In this document: positions 10,332 to 23,414 of the stretch, piece after piece
Layout: each line of letters begins with the position of its first letter
How positions within the stretch are numbered: the first letter of the stretch is position 1
Notes under the pieces: generated by a model
The model's input: the letters and a program-made list of their open reading frames with translations, nothing else
What the model was told of the DNA's origin: nothing
Database searches by the model: none
Translations under genes and position numbers: made by a program
Assembly: GCA_049840735.1 (NCBI GenBank)
Contig: JASGJN010000013.1
Coordinates: 352,001 to 416,000 of the forward strand
Reading direction: 5' to 3'
Length of the DNA: 64,000 bases
Source: Anaeromyxobacter sp.
GTDB taxonomy: Bacteria; Myxococcota; Myxococcia; Myxococcales; Anaeromyxobacteraceae

Positions 10332-10745
10332 ATGGCCTCCTTCACCGAGCTGCAGATCCCCACCCGCGCCGCCACCCAGCTGGTGGACGTGACGGAGCGG
10401 GTGCGCGAGGCGGTGCGGGCCTCGGGCGTGCGCGACGGCCTCTGCGTCGTCCACAGCCCCCACACCACGGCCGGCGTCACCGTGCAGGAGAACGCCGACC
10501 CGGACGTGCAGCGCGACCTCCTGCTGGCCCTGGCCCACGCCGTCCCGGACGCGCTCCCCGGCGCCGGGTACCGGCACGCCGAGGGGAACAGCCCGGCCCA
10601 CGTGAAGACCTCGCTGGTGGGCACCTCGGCCACGCTGATCGTGGCCGGCGGGGACCTGGTGCTGGGCACCTGGCAGGGCGTGTACCTGTGCGAGTTCGAC
10701 GGCCCGCGCACGCGGCGCCTGCTGGTGAAGCTCCTGCCCGGATGA
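10332..10745 (+). CDS. yjbQ: YjbQ/UPF0047 family protein
   Basis: PHTTAGVTVQENADPDV, HAEGNSPAHVK, LGTWQGVYLCEFDGPR. Confidence 0.9.
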   Translation: MASFTELQIPTRAATQLVDVTERVREAVRASGVRDGLCVVHSPHTTAGVTVQENADPDVQRDLLLALAHAVPDALPGAGYRHAEGNSPAHVKTSLVGTSATLIVAGGDLVLGTWQGVYLCEFDGPRTRRLLVKLLPG

Positions 10746-10755
10746 CGCCGCCGAC

Positions 10756-11916
10756 ATGATCCCACGCCTGCCGAAGCCCCTCCTCGCCGCCGCCGCGCTG
10801 GCCGCCCTCGCCGCCTGCGCCACCGCGCGCCCGCCGGCCGCCGCCCCCTGCGCCACCGGCCCCTGCCCCGACGCGACCGCGCCCGCCGCCACGCCGCCCG
10901 GCGCCCCGCCGCCCGCGGTGGCCTTCGCGCCGGAGGAGGTGAAGGTCACCCCGCTCGACCTCGAGCTCGCCGGCAAGAACGACGAGGAGCTGTTCGCCAT
11001 CGGCACCGCCGCCTACGGCGCCGGCGACCACGCCCGCGCCGCGGCCGCCTTCGCGCGCCTGGCCGATCTCTTCCCCGGCTCCGCCCGCGAGGCCACCGCG
11101 CTCTTCAACGCCGGCCTGGCCTACCAGCGGCTCGGGGAGTGGCGGCTGGCGCTGGAGCGGTTCAGGGCGCTGGAGCGGCGCTACGAGGGGCCCGACGCGC
11201 TGGAGGCCACCTTCAAGGCGGCCGAGTGCCTCTACCACCTCGAGCAGCTGGAGGACGCGCGCGCGGTGCTGGACGGCATCGCGGCGCGCCCGGGCCTGGC
11301 GCCGGCCGAGCGGATCCGCGCGCTGGCACAGCGCGGGGTGGTGGAGCTGGAGCTGGGCCAGCCGGAGACCGCGGAGAAGACGCTGCGGGGCGCGCTGGCG
11401 GCCTGGACGGCGGTGGGGACCCGGGACCAGCTCGACCCCTACTACGCCGCGCAGGCGCAGTACTACCTGGGCGAGACCTACCGCAGCTGGTTCCTGGCGC
11501 TGCGGGTCGATCCCTCCGCCGGCGACGAGGCCCGGCTGCAGGCCGACCTGGAGCACAAGTCCGAGATGCTCCTCTCTGCGCAGGGCCACTACCTGCGCGC
11601 CATCCGCATGGGCGACGACCGCTGGGCGGTGGCCAGCGGCTTCCGCATCGGCGAGCTGTACGACGCGCTGCGGGCCGAGCTGCTCGACGCCCCGCTCCCG
11701 CCCAACCTCGCCGGGCCGGAGGAGCAGGAGGCCTACCGGGCCCAGCTGCGCGAGCGCGTGCGGGTGCTGGCCACCAAGGCCATCTCCGCCTACGAGGCCA
11801 CGCTGGGCCGCGCCACGCGCTCGGGCGTGGAGGACCTGCGCTTCCTGGCCGACGCGCAGGCCTCGCTCGACCGCCTGCGCCAGGCGCTGCGCGACGAGGC
11901 CGGCGCGGGCATCTGA
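10756..11916 (+). CDS. TPR-containing lipoprotein
   Basis: Lipobox LAAC; TPR-like helices (ALFNAGLAY, AQYYLGETY). Confidence 0.85.
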   Translation: MIPRLPKPLLAAAALAALAACATARPPAAAPCATGPCPDATAPAATPPGAPPPAVAFAPEEVKVTPLDLELAGKNDEELFAIGTAAYGAGDHARAAAAFARLADLFPGSAREATALFNAGLAYQRLGEWRLALERFRALERRYEGPDALEATFKAAECLYHLEQLEDARAVLDGIAARPGLAPAERIRALAQRGVVELELGQPETAEKTLRGALAAWTAVGTRDQLDPYYAAQAQYYLGETYRSWFLALRVDPSAGDEARLQADLEHKSEMLLSAQGHYLRAIRMGDDRWAVASGFRIGELYDALRAELLDAPLPPNLAGPEEQEAYRAQLRERVRVLATKAISAYEATLGRATRSGVEDLRFLADAQASLDRLRQALRDEAGAGI

Positions 11917-11937
11917 CCCGCCGCCGGCCGGCGCCGC

Positions 11938-12963
11938 CTACTCGAAGACCTGGGCCAGCTGCCCGGCGTCCTGCTCGCCGTTGAGCTCGCGCAGGCGGCG
12001 GTAGATGACCGGGGGCGCCACGCCCAGCAGCGCGGTCTGCACCGCGTTCAGGGCCACGGACACCACCTGCACCGCGCGGAACCCGAGGCCCACCGGCTCG
12101 TCCAGCGCCAGGGCGCGCGCCTGCATCACCGACTGCACGATCCCGGTCACGGACCCGATGCCCCACAGCGCGAGCATCAGCACCAGCACGACGGCGAAGA
12201 TCGTCATCCGGTGGCCACGGGTGAGGGCCCAGCTGCGGCTGAACCCGTTCCATGGCCCGCGCCCTTCCAGCACCACCGCCGGCCTGACCGCCACCCACCC
12301 GCACCCCAGGATCGCGGGGACCACGACGGTGCAGCACGTGCCCATGATCGCCAGGCCCAGCAGCGCCTCGGCCGCGAGCAGCGGCAGGTAGCGCCGGACC
12401 GCGAGCTGCAGGGCCGGGCCGGGCGACGCGGGCCCACCCTGGAGCTGCTGGGTCACCAGGGCCGTGATGGCCCCGCCGGCCAGCGGCGAAAGGAGCGCGC
12501 TGCCCAGCATCATGTACGTGAGGGGGCCCGCCAGGGCGCGCAGCGGCGCGAAGGGATCGCCCGCCGAGGGCCGGGGTTGCGCGAGCGGGTCGATCGAGAG
12601 CGCGTAGATGGCCATGGGCAGCACGGCCACCGCCCCCAGCGCCACCAGCGGCCCCACCCCCTGCCCGAACTGCCTGAGGATCAGCGACAGGGTGGCGCCC
12701 ACGTCGAGCACGTTCCGCGCGGCCGCGCTCCCTGCGCCCCAGCCGCCGCCAGGGGGCGCGCCGGGGAGCGGCGCCTGCGGCGGGGGCGGCGGGGCGGCGC
12801 CGGGCCCCCAGCCCTGCGGCGCGGCCGGCGCAGCCGCCAAGGGCGGCGGCGCAGCCGCTCCCAGCGGCGGCGGCGCCAGCTGCGCATGGCAGCGCGGGCA
12901 CTGCCCGTCCGGCCTCGGGTGATGGTTCAGGCCGCAGCCTGCACAGCGGATCCACGGCTCCAT
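11938..12963 (-). CDS. multi-pass membrane protein with N-terminal CxxC...CxxC knuckle
   Basis: CAGC...CPRC, several TM helices, RSWALTRGHR motif, ends DAGQLAQVFE. Confidence 0.8.
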   Translation of the reverse strand: MEPWIRCAGCGLNHHPRPDGQCPRCHAQLAPPPLGAAAPPPLAAAPAAPQGWGPGAAPPPPPQAPLPGAPPGGGWGAGSAAARNVLDVGATLSLILRQFGQGVGPLVALGAVAVLPMAIYALSIDPLAQPRPSAGDPFAPLRALAGPLTYMMLGSALLSPLAGGAITALVTQQLQGGPASPGPALQLAVRRYLPLLAAEALLGLAIMGTCCTVVVPAILGCGWVAVRPAVVLEGRGPWNGFSRSWALTRGHRMTIFAVVLVLMLALWGIGSVTGIVQSVMQARALALDEPVGLGFRAVQVVSVALNAVQTALLGVAPPVIYRRLRELNGEQDAGQLAQVFE

Positions 12964-12978
12964 GGCGTCCCCCTCGCC

Positions 12979-13890
12979 CTACTCGAACACCTGCGCCAGC
13001 TGCCCGGCGTCGCTCTCGCCGTTCGCGGCGCGCAGCCGGTGGTGCACCACGACCGGACCGACCGCGAGGACCGCGAGCAGCACCAGGTTGAGCGCCGAGA
13101 CGAGAAGGCCCACCACGATCAACGGGCCGCCGCCCTCGACGTTCCTGCCAGGGCCGAAGCTGAGGGTGAACACCCCCACCTCCAGCGCCAGGAACACCAG
13201 GAACCAGCCCAGCAGCGGCACCAGGAACACCAGGAAGACGGCCAGCCGGTGACCCTGGGTCAGCTCGCGGCTGCGCCGCAAGGCAGCCAGCGGTCCGCGC
13301 TGCTCGAGCAGCGCCGCCGGAGCCGAGACTGCCCATCGGGTCAGGATCCGGGCGACCATCCACAGGAACCCCAGGAACGCGACGATCAGCGCGGCGAAGC
13401 TCAGCACCCACACGCGGGGGCCGAAGGCCGCTCCCACCATCGCCATGACCATGATCGCCACCACGTAGACCACGGCGAGCGTCAGGCCGACCAGCACGTG
13501 CAGCCCGAGCAGCGACAGGTAGCGCCGGCCCGCCCGCGCCAGCGCGTCCCGCAGCGTGGGCCGCTCACCCCGGAGCTGGCGGTCGGCGCAGGCCATCATG
13601 GCGCCGCTGATGAAGGGGGCGACGAGCAGGAACACGAGCAGGACGCCGAGCACGGTCACCAGCACCAGCTCTTCGGGCCCGTTCCTCATGGACACGAACG
13701 TCACGGCCAAGGCCGAGACCACGCCCCAGGGCACGAGGCCCAGGAACCCCAGCAGCAAGAGCCGCCACCATCCGCGGCCGACGTGCGTGAAGATCTCGCC
13801 CAGCGCGGCTCCGACCCCGAGCCGCGGCGCCGCGGCCAGGGGCGGCGGCGGCTGCTGCGCAGCGACGGGTTGCGACTCCCAGGCTTCCAC
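12979..13890 (-). CDS. multi-pass membrane protein, paralog of neighbour
   Basis: ALRRSRELTQGHR motif, ends DAGQLAQVFE. Confidence 0.8.
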   Translation of the reverse strand: MEAWESQPVAAQQPPPPLAAAPRLGVGAALGEIFTHVGRGWWRLLLLGFLGLVPWGVVSALAVTFVSMRNGPEELVLVTVLGVLLVFLLVAPFISGAMMACADRQLRGERPTLRDALARAGRRYLSLLGLHVLVGLTLAVVYVVAIMVMAMVGAAFGPRVWVLSFAALIVAFLGFLWMVARILTRWAVSAPAALLEQRGPLAALRRSRELTQGHRLAVFLVFLVPLLGWFLVFLALEVGVFTLSFGPGRNVEGGGPLIVVGLLVSALNLVLLAVLAVGPVVVHHRLRAANGESDAGQLAQVFE

Positions 13891-13968
13891 GTGTTCCCCC
13901 TCCGCGTGGGCTACTCCGGAGGAGCCACGTTACACGGCCGGGGGCCCGGCCGGAAGCGCGCTGACCGC

Positions 13969-15783
<1,815 letters not shown>

Positions 15784-15935
15784 GGGCGGGCCTCCTGCGG
15801 ATCGCGCCGGAATCTAGACCCAATTCGCCCGCCCCGCGACAGGCGCGAGGTGCCCCCGCCCGCCTGGCCCCGTCACCGCCCCGGGCCAGCGCCATCCGCC
15901 ATAGCAGCCACCCATCCGCGACTGCGACAGAGTGA

Positions 15936-17354
<1,419 letters not shown>

Positions 17355-17372
17355 AGCGCATCCGCCCCCGCC

Positions 17373-17400
17373 CGCCCTTCGAGAGGTTCAGGGCGAGCGG
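17373..17400. repeat. short REP-like palindrome
   Basis: Reverse complement CCGCTCGCCCTGAACCTCTCGAAGGGCG matches ends of the 55578 element; contains the HNH stop codon. Confidence 0.6.
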
Positions 17401-18632
17401 GGGCGACGGATGCCGTCGCACCCCAAGGGCGCACGCGCTGGAGCAAGTGAAAGGGAGAGGGAGGGGACGAAGGCCGCCATCTTCTCCCGCCCGAACGTCT
17501 CCACCGCCGCCCAGAGGTTGTGGCTTCGGCAACGGAGCCGAAGGTTGCGAGAGGTAGGCGGCCCGCCCAGCGCCTCCGCCTCGATGTGGTCGAGCTCCAG
17601 CTGCCAGCGGCTGCAGCAGCGCCGCCCGTCCGGCGAGACGTAGGAGCAGCAGCCTTCGTCGCGCGCCCACACCTCCCGCCGGACGTCGGCCGTGACGGTG
17701 CGAGGATTGAAGCGGCAAGGCGTGGCGAGGAAGGGGACCGGCTCCCCGGGGATCGCCGGCGCCGCCGACTCGGCCAGCACCGCCGCCTCCACCGGCACCG
17801 TGACCTCGACCGGAGCCGCAGCCTTCGCCAGCCCCACCGCCCCCTTTCGCCTCGAGTGCTTCTCGACCGCGCAGCGGATGGCCTCCTTGAGGACCTCGGC
17901 CAGGTTGCCGTCCGGGACCTTGTGCGAGAGCAGGTTGCGGAGGTCCTCCAGCTCGGCGCGCGCCTCCTCATCGAGCGTGACCCGCAGCGACCACTGCTCG
18001 CCGTTGACCGGCCGAAGCTCCGGACGGCTGGGAGCAGGCGTGGAGACGGGAGCCGTGAGCGCGAACGTGGGCGCCGAGGAGACGGCCGGCTCCGAAGGCA
18101 CGGACGGCGCCGCCTCAATCGGCCCGAGCGCCAGTGCAGTCGCACCCGTCGGATCCACCGGACGGAGCTGGGAGGCGGAAGCCGCAGGAGTGGGCGGAAC
18201 GCGGCGAAGCCCATCCTTCGGCGCCACCACCGGCTTGACCGAGACCACCAGCCGCTCCACGTCGGCCTTGGACTTGAAGGCAGCGCGGCCGAGGAGGTCG
18301 TCCAGGTTCTCCGCCGTCAGCACCTCACGCAGCAGTCCCAGGGTGGTGAGGGAGAGCCGGCCGTCACGCAGCGGCGCCTCGAGGGAGGGAAACCGCGAGA
18401 GCAGCCGCATGGCCGTGATCCGCCGCCAGGCGCCGTCTTCGGAGAGGTGCAGCGCCTCGCGGCAGTAGACCCAGAGCGACGAGAACCCCTGCACCAGGTA
18501 GAGCTTCCGCCGCTCCACCTCGGCCAGCACCAGGAGGAAGTCCACCTTGAGGCCCCGCTCCTCGCCCGCCAGCGACAGCAAACGCCCCATCAGCGTGGAG
18601 TCATCGAGGAGAGCGAGAGTGACATCGGCCAT
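17388..18632 (-). CDS. HNH endonuclease with DUF222-like N-terminal region
   Basis: RREVWARDEGCC...RC...LELDHI...GG..TSRNLRLRCRSHN; GGAGG RBS; TACGAT -10-like hexamer at 18657-18662. Confidence 0.88.
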   Translation of the reverse strand: MADVTLALLDDSTLMGRLLSLAGEERGLKVDFLLVLAEVERRKLYLVQGFSSLWVYCREALHLSEDGAWRRITAMRLLSRFPSLEAPLRDGRLSLTTLGLLREVLTAENLDDLLGRAAFKSKADVERLVVSVKPVVAPKDGLRRVPPTPAASASQLRPVDPTGATALALGPIEAAPSVPSEPAVSSAPTFALTAPVSTPAPSRPELRPVNGEQWSLRVTLDEEARAELEDLRNLLSHKVPDGNLAEVLKEAIRCAVEKHSRRKGAVGLAKAAAPVEVTVPVEAAVLAESAAPAIPGEPVPFLATPCRFNPRTVTADVRREVWARDEGCCSYVSPDGRRCCSRWQLELDHIEAEALGGPPTSRNLRLRCRSHNLWAAVETFGREKMAAFVPSLSLSLAPARAPLGCDGIRRPRSP

Positions 18633-18886
18633 GGCGCACCTCCAGCAGATGCCGCCATCGTAAGCCCGGATTCCGAGCCGCTCGCCGAGGCCCCCGGCGC
18701 TTCCCTACGCGTGAGATCGCGACACCCCCTCTCCGCCCCCCCACGACCCTTCACCATCCGCGCAGCACGCGCCCGCAGCGCTGCAGCACAGCCATTTCCA
18801 GCACCCCGCCCCCGCGAACCCCGCCTCGGCGCAAATCCGCGTCAAGCGCAATCGTCAGCCACTCACTCGGGACGCCCCATCCGTCG

Positions 18887-18997
18887 CTTACTCTGGAGCA
18901 AGCGCACAAATAGTGAACCCCGCCGCCCCCCTCCGGCCGCTCCGCCCCCGCCCCGCCGTTTCACTTACTCCGGAGCAAATGCACCCTCAGTGAACCC
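18887..18997. repeat. two 34-bp imperfect direct repeats (18887-18920, 18964-18997) separated by 43 bp
   Basis: CTTACTCTGGAGCAAGCGCACAAATAGTGAACCC vs CTTACTCCGGAGCAAATGCACCCTCAGTGAACCC, 27/34 identical by manual alignment. Confidence 0.8.
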
Positions 18998-19190
18998 ACC
19001 CGCCTCCTCTCGTCCCCAGCCCCCACGCACCTTCAACAGCACTGTCCCAGCCGCGGCGCAGGGGCAGGGGCTCCCCTGCGCCCTGTCCCGCCGGCAGCGC
19101 ACCGGGTAGCTCATCGCTCTCGGACCTGCGCCGCTCGCGGTCCCACCCTGCGCCTTCCCGCCGGCCGCGCCAATCGCGGTCAACCGCCCC

Positions 19191-20132
19191 CTACCGCTCC
19201 TCCAACCTCCCCACCAGCGCCGTCGCCCCTGCGATCCCCGCCGCCCGGAAGCACAGCCCCACTCCCGGCACGGCCAGGATCAGCCCCATCACCACCGCGA
19301 ACCCGGCCGTCTCCCACGGATGACGCTCGGTGAACGCCACCTCGTCGTGCCAGGGCCGCGAGAGCCGGCGGACGATCCGCCCCGTCCACCCCAGCGGCCG
19401 CAGCAGGACGAAGAGCCCTCCCCCGCGCCGCAGCAGGCGCGCGAACCACGGCTCGGGCGCGGGCAGCCGCTCCCCGGGCAGCACCTCGGAGGGCAGCTCG
19501 AAGGCGTCGATGACGATCCAGTGGAAGGTCCACAGGCCGGCCACCACCGCCGCCTCCCACGCCCCGGCCAGCCGCACCACCACGATCACCGGGAAGATCC
19601 CCGCCGCCACCAGCACCGCCTGGCGCAGCGCCTTCGCCGACTCGTGCAGCACCAGCTTCACGAACGGGCCGTGGAAGGTGTCGCGCCCTGGCGAGAACCC
19701 CAGCGCGCGCCGGGCCTCCAGCGCCACCCGGCCCCACTGCCGCTGCAGGAGCGTGGGCGGCATGGAGGCCAGCGCCACGAAGGCGACCGTGAAGGCGTGG
19801 AGCGTGCCCAGCGGGTCCGCCTGCGCCTCCGGGTCTTCGAGGTCGCTCCAGGTGGACCAGGCGGCCACGGCGGCGCAGCCGAGCACGGTCAGCAGGGTGG
19901 GCCAGAGCGCCGCCCGGCGCAGCGCCGGGTCGGTGGCCACGCGGCGGGCCGCGTCCAGCGCCTGCCCCGCGCCCCACAGGAAGCGCCCGGCCGGATCCGG
20001 CCGCGCCGCGGCCTGGGGCGTGGCGGCGTGGAAGCGGAGCGCCTCCAGCGCCTGGCGCGGCCCGCGCACCGCCGGCCCCACCAGCGCGGTGACCAGCGGC
20101 GGCGGAGCCAGCTCCTGGGACGGCTCGCTCAT
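19191..20132 (-). CDS. membrane protein, possibly EI24/CysZ-like
   Basis: MSEPSQELAPPP...; several TM helices; start overlaps deoB stop. Confidence 0.7.
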   Translation of the reverse strand: MSEPSQELAPPPLVTALVGPAVRGPRQALEALRFHAATPQAAARPDPAGRFLWGAGQALDAARRVATDPALRRAALWPTLLTVLGCAAVAAWSTWSDLEDPEAQADPLGTLHAFTVAFVALASMPPTLLQRQWGRVALEARRALGFSPGRDTFHGPFVKLVLHESAKALRQAVLVAAGIFPVIVVVRLAGAWEAAVVAGLWTFHWIVIDAFELPSEVLPGERLPAPEPWFARLLRRGGGLFVLLRPLGWTGRIVRRLSRPWHDEVAFTERHPWETAGFAVVMGLILAVPGVGLCFRAAGIAGATALVGRLEER

Positions 20133-21299
20133 CCCAGCACCTCGCCCCGGAAGCTCCGCCCCACCTCCGGGCGCAGCCCGAAGTGCTCGGCCACGGTGGC
20201 CCCCAGGTCGGCGAACGACTCGCGCGTGCCCAGCGGGCCGCCGCCGCGCCCCGGCGCGTGGACCAGCAGCGGCACGTGCTCGCGCGAGTGGTCGGTGGAC
20301 GGGGTGGTGGGATCGCAGCCGTGGTCGGCGGTGAGGGCGAACAGGTCGCCCGGCCGCAGCCGCGAGAGGAGGCGCGGCAGGGCCTGGTCCAGCGCCTCCA
20401 GCGCCCGCGCGTAGCCGGCCGGGTCGTTGCGGTGGCCGTAGAGCATGTCGAAGTCCACCAGGTTGACGAAGAGCAGGCCGTGATCGAGGCGGTCGAGCAG
20501 CGCCTCGGTGCGCGCCAGCCCGTCGGCGTTCCCCTCGGTGTGGACCTCCTCGCTGATCCCCTTGCGGTCGAAGATGTCCGGGATCTTGCCCACGCCCACC
20601 ACCGGCACGCCCGCCTCCGCCAGCCGCTCCAGCACCGTCGGCACCGGCGTGGCGATGGAGAAGTCCTTCCGGTTGTAGGTGCGGACGTAGCGGCCGGGGG
20701 TCCCCACGAACGGCCGCGCGATGACGCGCGCCACCCGGTGCGGATCGAGCAGCCGCCGCGCGGTGCGGCACCAGGCGTAGAGCGTCTCGAGCGGCACCGT
20801 CTCCTCGTGGGCGGCGATTCTGGAAGACCGAGTCGGCGGAGGTGTAGACGATGGGCTTGCCGGTGCGCTGGTGCTCCGGCCCCAGCTCCTCGATGATGGC
20901 CGTGCCGCTTGCGACCGCGTTGCCCAGCACGCCCGGCGCCCCGGTCTCCGCCAGGAAGGGCCCGATGATCTCCGGCGGGAAGCCCCGCGGGAAGAGCGCC
21001 AGCCCCTGCCGCAGCACCACGCCCATCATCTCCCAGTGGCCGGTGATGGTGTCCTTCCCCTCCGACTGCTCCGCCATGCGCCCGTACCAGCCGGTGGGGG
21101 CCGGGTCCGGCGGCACGCCCAGCACCCGCGTCAGGTGGCCCAGCCCCAGGCGACCCATCACCGGCAGCGAGAGGCCGCCCACGGCGCGGCTCACGTTCCC
21201 GATGGTGTCCGAGCCGGCGTCGCCGTAGGCGGCCGCGTCGGGCAGCGCGCCGCAGCCGGCGCTGTCGGCGACGAGGAGGAGGAAGCGGCGGCGATCCAT
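20129..21299 (-). CDS. deoB: phosphopentomutase (frameshift near 20819)
   Basis: ADSAGCGALPDA, GKDTITGHWE, YTSADSVFQ, NLVDFDMLYGHRND, TADHGCDPT, DHSREHVP. Confidence 0.95.
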
Positions 21300-21315
21300 G
21301 ACCCGATCCTAAGCG

Positions 21316-21999
21316 TCAGAAGCTCGCCGCGCTCACGATGGCGACGCTGGCCGAGGCCCCGACCCGGTCCGCCCCTGCGGCGATCATGGCCAGCGCGTCG
21401 GCGGCGGTCCGGATCCCGCCCGATGCCTTCACGCCCAGGGCCGGCCCCACCACCTCGCGCAGCAGCGCCACCGCCTCGCGCGTGGCCCCGCCGCGGCCGA
21501 AGCCGGTGGAGGTCTTCACGTAGGCGGCCCCGGCGCAGCGGGCCAGCGCGGCCCCGGCGGCGAGCTGGTCGCGGGTCAGGTGGGCGGTCTCGAGGATCAC
21601 CTTCACCGGCACGCCGGCCGCCGCCACCACCGCCCGCAGGTCGCGCAGCACCGCCTCGTGCCGCCCGGCCAGCAGGTCCGGCAGCCGGACCACCACGTCC
21701 ACCTCCTCGGCCCCGGCCCGCGCCAGCGCCGCGGCCTCGGCCGCCCGGGCCTCCGGGCTGGCCTCGCCCAGCGGGAAGTCGGCCACCGCGATGGCCTTCA
21801 CCCCCGAGCCGGCCAGCCGCCGGCGCGCCTCGGGCACCCACTCGCCGCGCACGCAGACGGTGGCGAAGCGGTGCGCCAGCGCCTCGTCGAGGAGCCGGGC
21901 CACCTCGGCCGCCCCGGCGCCCGGCGCCAGCAGGGTGTGGTCGATGAAGGGGGCCAGGTCGCGCGGGGTACGGAGGCGGGCGGGGTCGAGGAGCGCCAT
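21316..21999 (-). CDS. deoC: deoxyribose-phosphate aldolase
   Basis: IDHTLL, VKVILET, YVKTSTGF, GVKASGGIR, RVGAS. Confidence 0.95.
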   Translation of the reverse strand: MALLDPARLRTPRDLAPFIDHTLLAPGAGAAEVARLLDEALAHRFATVCVRGEWVPEARRRLAGSGVKAIAVADFPLGEASPEARAAEAAALARAGAEEVDVVVRLPDLLAGRHEAVLRDLRAVVAAAGVPVKVILETAHLTRDQLAAGAALARCAGAAYVKTSTGFGRGGATREAVALLREVVGPALGVKASGGIRTAADALAMIAAGADRVGASASVAIVSAASF

Positions 22000-22043
22000 G
22001 CGCCGCATGGTAGCGGAAGCGGCGCCGGCGCGGGGGCCGCGCG

Positions 22044-23414
22044 CTACGCCGGGTGCACGCCCCCTTCGCCTCCCGACGCCCCGGCGGCGTCGGGCGACGT
22101 CGCCGGCGCGCTCTCCCCTGCCCGGTCCAGCGCCAGCTTGAAGAGGATGGGGCCGGCCAGCTCGTTGACCGACACCACCGCGACGGCCAGCGCGCCGAAG
22201 GCCGGCCCGAAGCCCGGGAACTCGCCCGCCACCTTGGCCGCGATGCCGAGCGCCAGCCCGGCCTGCGAGACCATGCCGGCGAACCCCCAGCGGGCCACGG
22301 CGGGCGGATCCCCGGCCAGCGACGAGGCGGCGCGCTGCGCGCCCCAGCTCAGCGCCGCCCGCGCCCCGGCCAGGAGCAGCGCCGCCGGCCAGAGCGTGGC
22401 CAGCAGCCCCAGGTCCAGGTGCGCGCCGGCGGTGGCGAAGAAGACCACGTAGACCACCTCGCCGGCCCGCTCCACCTCGTGCAGCAGCCGCGGCCCCTGC
22501 CGCGAGAGGTTCTGCACCACGAAGCCGGCCACGATGAAGACGAGCAGCCACTCGAACCGCAGCCAGGAGAAGAGCTGGGTGAAGACCAGGCCGAAGGCCA
22601 GCAGCACCAGCAGCACCTGCCGCCCCACCAGCTTGAGATACAGCGCCAGCGCCAGGCCGATGGTGGTGCCGATGGCGATCGACCCCAGCAGCTCGTGCCC
22701 CACCTCGCCCAGCGAGGAGAGGGCCAGCGCCGCGCCCGGCTCGAGCATGGGCCGGGCCACCGTGAGCGCGAGGGCCAGCACCACCACCACCACCACGTCC
22801 GAGGTCATGACGAAGTTGAGGTTGTGGGAGGCCACCGGGCCGCGAGCGCGGGTCTGGGCCAGGATGCCCAGCGTGGCGGACGGGCTGCGGGTGAGCGCCA
22901 CCACGCCCCACAGCAGCGCCACCCCCAGCGCCGCCACCGGCGCCATCCCGGCGGCGAACGGCACCAGCCCGCGCACGGCGAAGAAGACCGCCGCCATGCC
23001 CAAGAGCCCCACCGCGTTGTGGATCAGCGTGGCCCAGGCCAGGCCGCGCCAGGCGGAGAGCACCTCGCGCGCGCGCAGCTCGGCGCCGCCGGCCAGCGCG
23101 ATGAGCGCCAGCGCCACGGTGTTGACCACCTGCAGGTCCTCGACGGCCCGGTGCTCGACCACCTGGAGCACGTGGGGGCCCACCAGCACGCCGGCCACCA
23201 GGTAGGCGGTCAGGTGCGGGAAGCCCAGCGGCTCCAGCGCCGCCGCCAGCGCCGCGCCGGAGAGCAGCAGGAAGCCGAACGCGGCCAGGCTGCCGGCCGG
23301 GCCGGGATCGCCGGGGAGCATGCGGCTGGCGCCGTACATGAGCGCCACCACCACCAGCGCCACCGCGGCGCCCGCCAGCCGGGCGGCCGGGGTGCGCGCG
23401 CCCCCGCCGCTCAT
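22044..23414 (-). CDS. cation:proton antiporter (CPA family, no KTN domain)
   Basis: About 12 TM helices; YLVAGVLVGP, FFATAGA, SQAGLALG. Confidence 0.85.
   Translation of the reverse strand: MSGGGARTPAARLAGAAVALVVVALMYGASRMLPGDPGPAGSLAAFGFLLLSGAALAAALEPLGFPHLTAYLVAGVLVGPHVLQVVEHRAVEDLQVVNTVALALIALAGGAELRAREVLSAWRGLAWATLIHNAVGLLGMAAVFFAVRGLVPFAAGMAPVAALGVALLWGVVALTRSPSATLGILAQTRARGPVASHNLNFVMTSDVVVVVVLALALTVARPMLEPGAALALSSLGEVGHELLGSIAIGTTIGLALALYLKLVGRQVLLVLLAFGLVFTQLFSWLRFEWLLVFIVAGFVVQNLSRQGPRLLHEVERAGEVVYVVFFATAGAHLDLGLLATLWPAALLLAGARAALSWGAQRAASSLAGDPPAVARWGFAGMVSQAGLALGIAAKVAGEFPGFGPAFGALAVAVVSVNELAGPILFKLALDRAGESAPATSPDAAGASGGEGGVHPA

Noticed and set aside
18887..18997. CRISPR array
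   Set aside because: Only two repeats, 7 mismatches, low-complexity spacer, no cas genes; kept as an unexplained repeat
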